Shown one piece after another: positions 29,239-33,806 of a DNA stretch of 33,806 nt. Made by a program: the position numbers and the translations under genes. Source of the stretch: a candidate division WOR-3 bacterium (GTDB lineage: Bacteria; Hydrothermota; Tepidihabitantia; Tepidihabitantales; Tepidihabitantaceae). Location of the stretch: the NCBI GenBank assembly GCA_903908785.1, contig CAIVTL010000278.1, positions 1-33,806 on the forward strand. Reading direction: 5' to 3'. Position 1 is the stretch's first letter; every line of letters starts with the position of its first letter. The notes under the pieces are model-generated. The model saw only the letters and a program-made list of their open reading frames with translations. It was not told the origin of the DNA and ran no database searches.

Positions 29239-32200
29239 GTGCGAATAAAAGAGCTCCAGCTCATCGGTTTCAAGTCTTTCCAGGACAAAGCGACGCTGCG
29301 TTTCTCGCCGGGCCTGAACGCGGTCATCGGGCCGAACGGCTGCGGCAAGACCAACATCCTCGACGCATTGCGCTGGGTGCTGGGCGAGCAGTCGTTCACC
29401 ATGCTCCGCTGCGCGAAGAACGAGGACCTGATATTCGGCGGCACGGCCACGGTAGCGCCGGTGAACTACGCCGAGGTGAAGTTGGTGATGGATGACGTGG
29501 AACAGGGGTCAGGGGTCAGGGGTCAGGGTCCAGGGATGACAGAGGTGGAGATACGGCGCAGGTACTTCCGGTCGGGCGAGAGCGAGTACTACCTGAACAA
29601 GCAGCCGTGCCGGTTGCGTGACATCCAGGAGGTCTTTTTCTCGGCCGGGGCCGGCACCAAGGCCTATTCGATATTCGACCTGCGCCAGATGCGCGAGATT
29701 ATCTCCGGCAACATCCGGAAGATGTTCGAGGAGGCGGCGAGCCTGGCGAAGTACAACGACGCCAAGGCCGACTGCCGGCGCAAGCTCGAACTGACCGCGG
29801 GCGACCTGATGCGCCTCGATGACATCATCGCTGAGCGCGAGCGGTTCGTGCGCAGCCTGCAGCGGCAGGCCGGCCGGTTGCGGGCGTTCGACAAGCTGAA
29901 GACCGAAGAGAAGGGACTGCGGCTGCTGGAATTGAAGGCCGACTACGAGGCGATGCAGCGGGACCTCGGGCGGGCTCAAGCCGACACCGAGGCGCTGGAG
30001 CAGGCCGAGGCCGCGCGGGTGGCGGACATCCGGCGGCTGGATGAGGAGCTTAAGATTCAGCGCGGCCGGGTGCGCGACCTGCAGGCGCTGAAGGATGAGC
30101 TGGCCGCCAAGGTGCAGGCCCAGCGGCAGGTGTTGTCCGACCTCGAAGGTCGGGACCTGCTGGCGCGGCAGCGGATAGAGTTTCTTGCCAGCGCGACCGG
30201 CCAGGCCGAGACCGAGCGCGCCGCGCTGGCGGAGAGCGTGCTCCAGATGGAGCAGACGTTTGAGCAGACTCTTGCTCGACTGGCCGAGGCGAACGAGCGC
30301 CAGGCGCGGGCGCAGGAGCAGCTCGAACGCCAGCGGGCGCTGGTGCAGTCGCTCGAGGAGCAACTGTACGGACTGCGCAGCCACGAGACCGCGCTTCGGC
30401 AGCAGGTCCAGGAGCGGCAGGAACAGGAGCAGGGCGGCCGGCAGGAACTGGCAAGGCTCGATGCGACGATTGACAACCAGCGCGAGACCGTGGAGCGGCT
30501 GGCCGGAGAGGCGAGCGCGGTCCGAGAACGAAGAACGAGGAACGAAGAACAAAGAACGGAAATCGGGCTGAAGGTCGCGGCGGCGGCCGCGGCCATCGAG
30601 ACGGGCCGGAAACGACTCGAAGCATTGCGCGCCGAGTTCGTCCAGGCCCGGGACGACCGGAACCGGCTGCGCGCGGATGATGCCAGGCTGCGCGAGGAGC
30701 GGGCCGGGCTGGAAACCGATTTGGCGGTGCTGCGCGCCGGGATTGCGAGCGAGCAGGCGGAGGTGAGCCGAGCCGCGCTGGCCGAGGCGTTGCGCGGCGA
30801 GGCGGGCGCGTTTCTCGACGTGACGTCCGGGTGGGAGCGGGCGTGCGAGGCAGCGCTGTACGCGGTGGTTGATTTTCTGGTCGCAGACCTGCCCGGGCCG
30901 GACAAGCTCGGGGAACTGGCCGAGAAGCGCCCGGACCTGCGGTTCGGCTTCCTAGTGGAAGAAAGGGTTCAAGGGTTCAGGGGTTCAGGGGTCCAGGCGG
31001 AGGAGCCCGGAGACCTGCCCTCAGACCCGGCCGTCATTGGACCACTGTCGGGGTTTGTGAAGGTGAAGGCGGAGGCGCCGGCCGCGCTGCACGAGCTGGT
31101 CAATGGGTGCCTCGTGGCCGCGAGCGCGGGCGAGCTGGGCCGGCTGGCGCAGCAGTTCCCGGGCTGGTCGTTTGTGACGCAGGACGGCGTGTGCCGGTTC
31201 TCGGACGGGCGGCTGGTAATTGAAGGGCGCGAGAGCGGGCGGCTGAGCGCGGGGCGGGCGATTCACGACAAGAGCGAGCGGCTCGGCGCGGTCGATGCGG
31301 AACTGGTCGGGATTGCGACGAGCGAGGCTGCGTTGGCCCGGCGCCGCGAGGAGCTGGAAAAGGAAATCGGGCAGGTTGAGTTCGAGGTCGGCGAGACCGG
31401 GCGGGAGAAGGCTTCGCTCGATGCGTCGCTGGAGCTGATTGCCGCGACCGGCGAAGATATGGGCCGAGACGTGGAACGGCTCAGGGCCGCGCAGTATGCG
31501 GCCGCGGCCCAGAAGCGGGCGGTCGAGGAGAAGCGGGCCGCGCTCGCCGCAGCGGGCGGCGAGCTTGAGACCCGGACCCAGGCCGGCACCGGCGCGCTCA
31601 AGCAGGCCGAGGAGGAAGCACGCAAACTCGAAGAGCAGGTCAAGGCCGGGCTGGATTTGTCGTCGCAGGCGCTGGCCGAGCTCTCCGACGCGCGGCAGGC
31701 CGGATCCCGGCTTGAGGCCGAGAATGCGTTCGCCAAGCGCCAGATTGACGACGGCCGGCGCCGGCTGCACGAGTACGCGGCGGCAGCGGAGCGCAACCGC
31801 GATGAGAGCGCGGGGCTGGAGAAGGAAATCGGCGACCGGGCCGCGGAGATTGAGCAGGCGCGTTCCATCCTGACCGACCTTGACGCGGAAACCGGGAAGC
31901 TGCACATCGGCGAACTGGCACGGGCCGAGGAGGCGCTGGAGGCCAACCTCGCCGAACTGCGCCAGTCGCAGGAGCGAAACCAGAACGTCTTGATGGAGCA
32001 ACGGCTGAAGCTGTACGAGCTGAACCAGCGGTTTGCCGCCATCAGCGAAGAGGCGAAGTCGAGCTATGGAACCGACATCGCCGCGTTCCAGCCCGAGGCG
32101 GCGGAGGGCGCCGAGGAACGGCTGGCACAAGTGCGGCAGCGGCTCGAAGCGCTCGGGCAGGTGAACCCGCTGGCCGCGCAGGAGTACGCGCAGGAGAAGT

Positions 32201-32781
32201 CGGACCTGGAGAAACTGACGGTCCAGCGCGAGGACGTAGCCGCGGCCAAGGTGAACCTCGAAAGCACCCTGACCGAGATTGACCGGCACGCGCAGGAGCA
32301 ATTCGCCGTGACCTACAGCGAGGTGCGCGGCCACTTCCGCGAGATATTCCAGGCCCTGTTCCTCGAGGGCGAGGCGGACCTGGTGATGACGAACGAAGCC
32401 AACCCGCTGGAATCGGAAATCGGCATCATCGCCAAGCCGAGAGGCAAGACCCCAAAGCGGCTCGAACAGCTCTCCGACGGCGAGAAGGCGCTGCTCGCGG
32501 TGTCACTGTTGTTCGCGTTCTACCGGGTGAAGCCCGCGCCGTTCTGTTTTCTCGACGAGGTGGACGCGCCGCTGGACGACGCCAACGTCGGCCGGTTCGC
32601 CGACTATCTCAAGGGGATATCGGACAAGACCCAGGTGGTCATCATTACGCATAACCGGCTGTCCGTCGAGCGCGCCGACGTCGTGTTCGGCGTCACCGCG
32701 GAGCAGCCCGGCATCTCGACGCTCGTGTCGGTCAGCCTGGCTGAATACCGCCGGCAGGCACAGCCGCCGACTGCGAGCTAG
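29239..32781 (+). CDS. smc: Chromosome partition protein SMC
   Basis: Walker A GPNGCGKTN, long coiled coils, a hinge region, signature LSDGEKALLAVSL, and Walker B FCFLDEVDAPLD. 1180 aa with a GTG start. Three repeat blocks lie in frame. Confidence 0.92.
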   Translation: MRIKELQLIGFKSFQDKATLRFSPGLNAVIGPNGCGKTNILDALRWVLGEQSFTMLRCAKNEDLIFGGTATVAPVNYAEVKLVMDDVEQGSGVRGQGPGMTEVEIRRRYFRSGESEYYLNKQPCRLRDIQEVFFSAGAGTKAYSIFDLRQMREIISGNIRKMFEEAASLAKYNDAKADCRRKLELTAGDLMRLDDIIAERERFVRSLQRQAGRLRAFDKLKTEEKGLRLLELKADYEAMQRDLGRAQADTEALEQAEAARVADIRRLDEELKIQRGRVRDLQALKDELAAKVQAQRQVLSDLEGRDLLARQRIEFLASATGQAETERAALAESVLQMEQTFEQTLARLAEANERQARAQEQLERQRALVQSLEEQLYGLRSHETALRQQVQERQEQEQGGRQELARLDATIDNQRETVERLAGEASAVRERRTRNEEQRTEIGLKVAAAAAAIETGRKRLEALRAEFVQARDDRNRLRADDARLREERAGLETDLAVLRAGIASEQAEVSRAALAEALRGEAGAFLDVTSGWERACEAALYAVVDFLVADLPGPDKLGELAEKRPDLRFGFLVEERVQGFRGSGVQAEEPGDLPSDPAVIGPLSGFVKVKAEAPAALHELVNGCLVAASAGELGRLAQQFPGWSFVTQDGVCRFSDGRLVIEGRESGRLSAGRAIHDKSERLGAVDAELVGIATSEAALARRREELEKEIGQVEFEVGETGREKASLDASLELIAATGEDMGRDVERLRAAQYAAAAQKRAVEEKRAALAAAGGELETRTQAGTGALKQAEEEARKLEEQVKAGLDLSSQALAELSDARQAGSRLEAENAFAKRQIDDGRRRLHEYAAAAERNRDESAGLEKEIGDRAAEIEQARSILTDLDAETGKLHIGELARAEEALEANLAELRQSQERNQNVLMEQRLKLYELNQRFAAISEEAKSSYGTDIAAFQPEAAEGAEERLAQVRQRLEALGQVNPLAAQEYAQEKSDLEKLTVQREDVAAAKVNLESTLTEIDRHAQEQFAVTYSEVRGHFREIFQALFLEGEADLVMTNEANPLESEIGIIAKPRGKTPKRLEQLSDGEKALLAVSLLFAFYRVKPAPFCFLDEVDAPLDDANVGRFADYLKGISDKTQVVIITHNRLSVERADVVFGVTAEQPGISTLVSVSLAEYRRQAQPPTAS
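29505..29535. repeat. STR block (GGGGTCA x3, GGGTCCA, GGG), inside smc
   Basis: Encodes GSGVRGQGPG in the N-terminal head domain. It has five G-runs. Confidence 0.9.
30526..30560. repeat. STR block, 5 x 7 bp (GAACGAA GAACGAG GAACGAA GAACAAA GAACGGA), inside smc
   Basis: Encodes ERRTRNEEQRTE in the coiled coil. Confidence 0.9.
30965..30996. repeat. STR block, 4 x 8 bp (GGGTTCAA GGGTTCAG GGGTTCAG GGGTCCAG), inside smc
   Basis: Encodes RVQGFRGSGVQ in the hinge-proximal region. Confidence 0.9.
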
Positions 32782-32784
32782 TCC

Positions 32785-33666
32785 GTGAATCCATTCGCTA
32801 GAATCGGGGCCGGCTTCAAGAAGCTGGCGAGCGGCCTTTCCAAGACCCGCCAGGTGTTCCAGCGGCTGCTGGTCGCGGCCAATACCGAGGAACTGGAAGA
32901 GGCTTTGCTCGCCGCCGATGTCGGGGTCAAGGCTACTGAAATCCTGGTAGACAAGGTGAAGCGTGCGTCCGGCGACCGGCGCCTGGTCCTTGAAGCTGAA
33001 ATCGCCCGCCTGCTTTCCCCACCCCAATCCCTAGCCCCCAGTCCCCAATTCCCTCCTTTGGTGGTCATGATTGTCGGCGTGAACGGGTCGGGCAAAACCA
33101 CGACCGTGGGCAAGCTCTGCCGGCTGTTTGCCGACCAGGGGCAGCGGGTGGTTGTTGCCGCGGCAGATACGTATCGTGACGCTGCGGCCGAGCAACTCGG
33201 GATTTGGGCAACGCGCGCCGGGGTCGAGATTGTCTCGTCCGTACAGGGGCAGGACGCGGCCGCGGTTGCGTTCGACGCGATTCAGAAGGCGGCGCTGAAG
33301 AAGATGGATGTCGTGCTGGTTGATACCGCGGGCCGGCTCCACACGCGCAAGGACCTGATGGACGAGGCCGTGAAGATAAAGCGGGTCTGCGCCAAAGTGA
33401 AGGCCGGGGCCCCGGACGAGGTCTGGCTGGTGCTCGACGCAACCGTGGGGCAGAACGGCCTGCGTCAGGCCGCGGCGTTCAACGAGCAACTCGGGCTGAC
33501 CGGCCTCGTCGTCACCAAACTCGACGGCACGGCCAAGGGCGGGGTGCTGATTCCGATTGTCATGGAACTGGGCGTGCCCGTGAAGTTCATCGGTACCGGC
33601 GAGACTCTCGAAGACATCGAGCCGTTTGAGCCGGAAGCCTACGCGAAGGCGCTGTTTGAGGAGTGA
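32785..33666 (+). CDS. ftsY: Signal recognition particle receptor FtsY
   Basis: NG domain motifs GVNGSGKTTT, DTAGRLH, TKLDGTAKGG and FIGTGE. The GTG lies 3 nt after the smc stop. A C-rich heptamer repeat sits in frame just before the P-loop. Confidence 0.9.
   Translation: MNPFARIGAGFKKLASGLSKTRQVFQRLLVAANTEELEEALLAADVGVKATEILVDKVKRASGDRRLVLEAEIARLLSPPQSLAPSPQFPPLVVMIVGVNGSGKTTTVGKLCRLFADQGQRVVVAAADTYRDAAAEQLGIWATRAGVEIVSSVQGQDAAAVAFDAIQKAALKKMDVVLVDTAGRLHTRKDLMDEAVKIKRVCAKVKAGAPDEVWLVLDATVGQNGLRQAAAFNEQLGLTGLVVTKLDGTAKGGVLIPIVMELGVPVKFIGTGETLEDIEPFEPEAYAKALFEE
33017..33056. repeat. C-rich STR block (CCCCACC CCAATCC CTAGCCC CCAGTCC CCAATTC CCTCC), inside ftsY
   Basis: Encodes PPQSLAPSPQFPP, directly before the G-domain P-loop strand VVMIVGVNGSGKT. 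Confidence 0.85.
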
Positions 33667-33778
33667 GGAGTAGGTAGTAGGTAGGAGATAGTAGGTAGGA
33701 CGAGGAGTGTCCCTCCTACCTCCCACCTCCTACCTTCTACCTTCTACCTCCTACCTCCTACCTCCTACCTCCTACCTG
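33666..33778. repeat. Inverted pair of GGTAGGA / TCCTACC heptamer arrays (long imperfect hairpin) after ftsY
   Basis: Left arm GAGGAGTAGGTAGTAGGTAGGAGATAGTAGGTAGGACGAGGAG. Right arm CTCCTACCTCCCACCTCCTACCTTCTACC(TCCTACC)n. Probable terminator-like structure. Confidence 0.85.
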
Positions 33779-33806
33779 CTAACTCTCGTCGGTTTTCTCC
33801 GGCGGC

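Noticed and set aside
1453-33778. Could the repeat blocks be CRISPR arrays or degenerate CRISPR remnants?
   Set aside because: Units are only 7-10 bp, directly abutting with no spacers. Blocks are 30-60 bp long and many lie inside conserved genes. No cas genes are present.

Overview
High-GC (about 60-65%) bacterial chromosomal window. OMP-type beta-barrel and lipoprotein signals suggest a diderm, probably from an uncultivated lineage. No rRNA, tRNA, CRISPR array, transposase or integrase was recognised. All calls come from reading the ORF translations and the DNA by eye; no homology search was possible.

Gene content, left to right:
(1) An nqr-ordered six-gene Na+/H+-translocating NADH:quinone oxidoreductase operon. 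Its first subunit keeps RnfC-type 2x[4Fe-4S] motifs.
(2) A MenA/UbiA prenyltransferase and a polyprenyl diphosphate synthase.
(3) A flavin-trafficking block: a NusG-domain-II protein, a Gx-transporter::EcfT fusion, an outer-membrane beta-barrel, the ApbE flavin transferase, a secreted FMN-binding protein, a 4-TM protein and a two-CW Cys-rich protein.
(4) An ECF sigma / anti-sigma pair followed by two CpxP/Spy-like periplasmic proteins.
(5) A membrane-anchored SAM methyltransferase and a CarboxypepD_reg-repeat protein.
(6) Five paralogous PKD + beta-propeller lipoproteins, arranged divergently.
(7) A four-helix-bundle protein, a PP-loop ATPase, a DUF3795 protein, SMC and FtsY.

The most striking structure not explained by genes is a dense family of degenerate 7-10 bp short tandem repeat (STR) blocks, at least 22 loci in 34 kb. 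They occur in intergenic DNA, sometimes as inverted pairs that form terminator-like hairpins. They also occur in frame inside conserved genes (nqrF, menA, the polyprenyl synthase gene, the Gx-EcfT fusion, the PP-loop ATPase gene, smc, ftsY and the four-helix-bundle gene). There are also two copies of a 107-bp mosaic palindromic element, both lying inside ORFs.

The Nqr/quinone/ApbE/FMN-binding/ECF-like gene set resembles a flavin-based extracytoplasmic electron-transfer locus.
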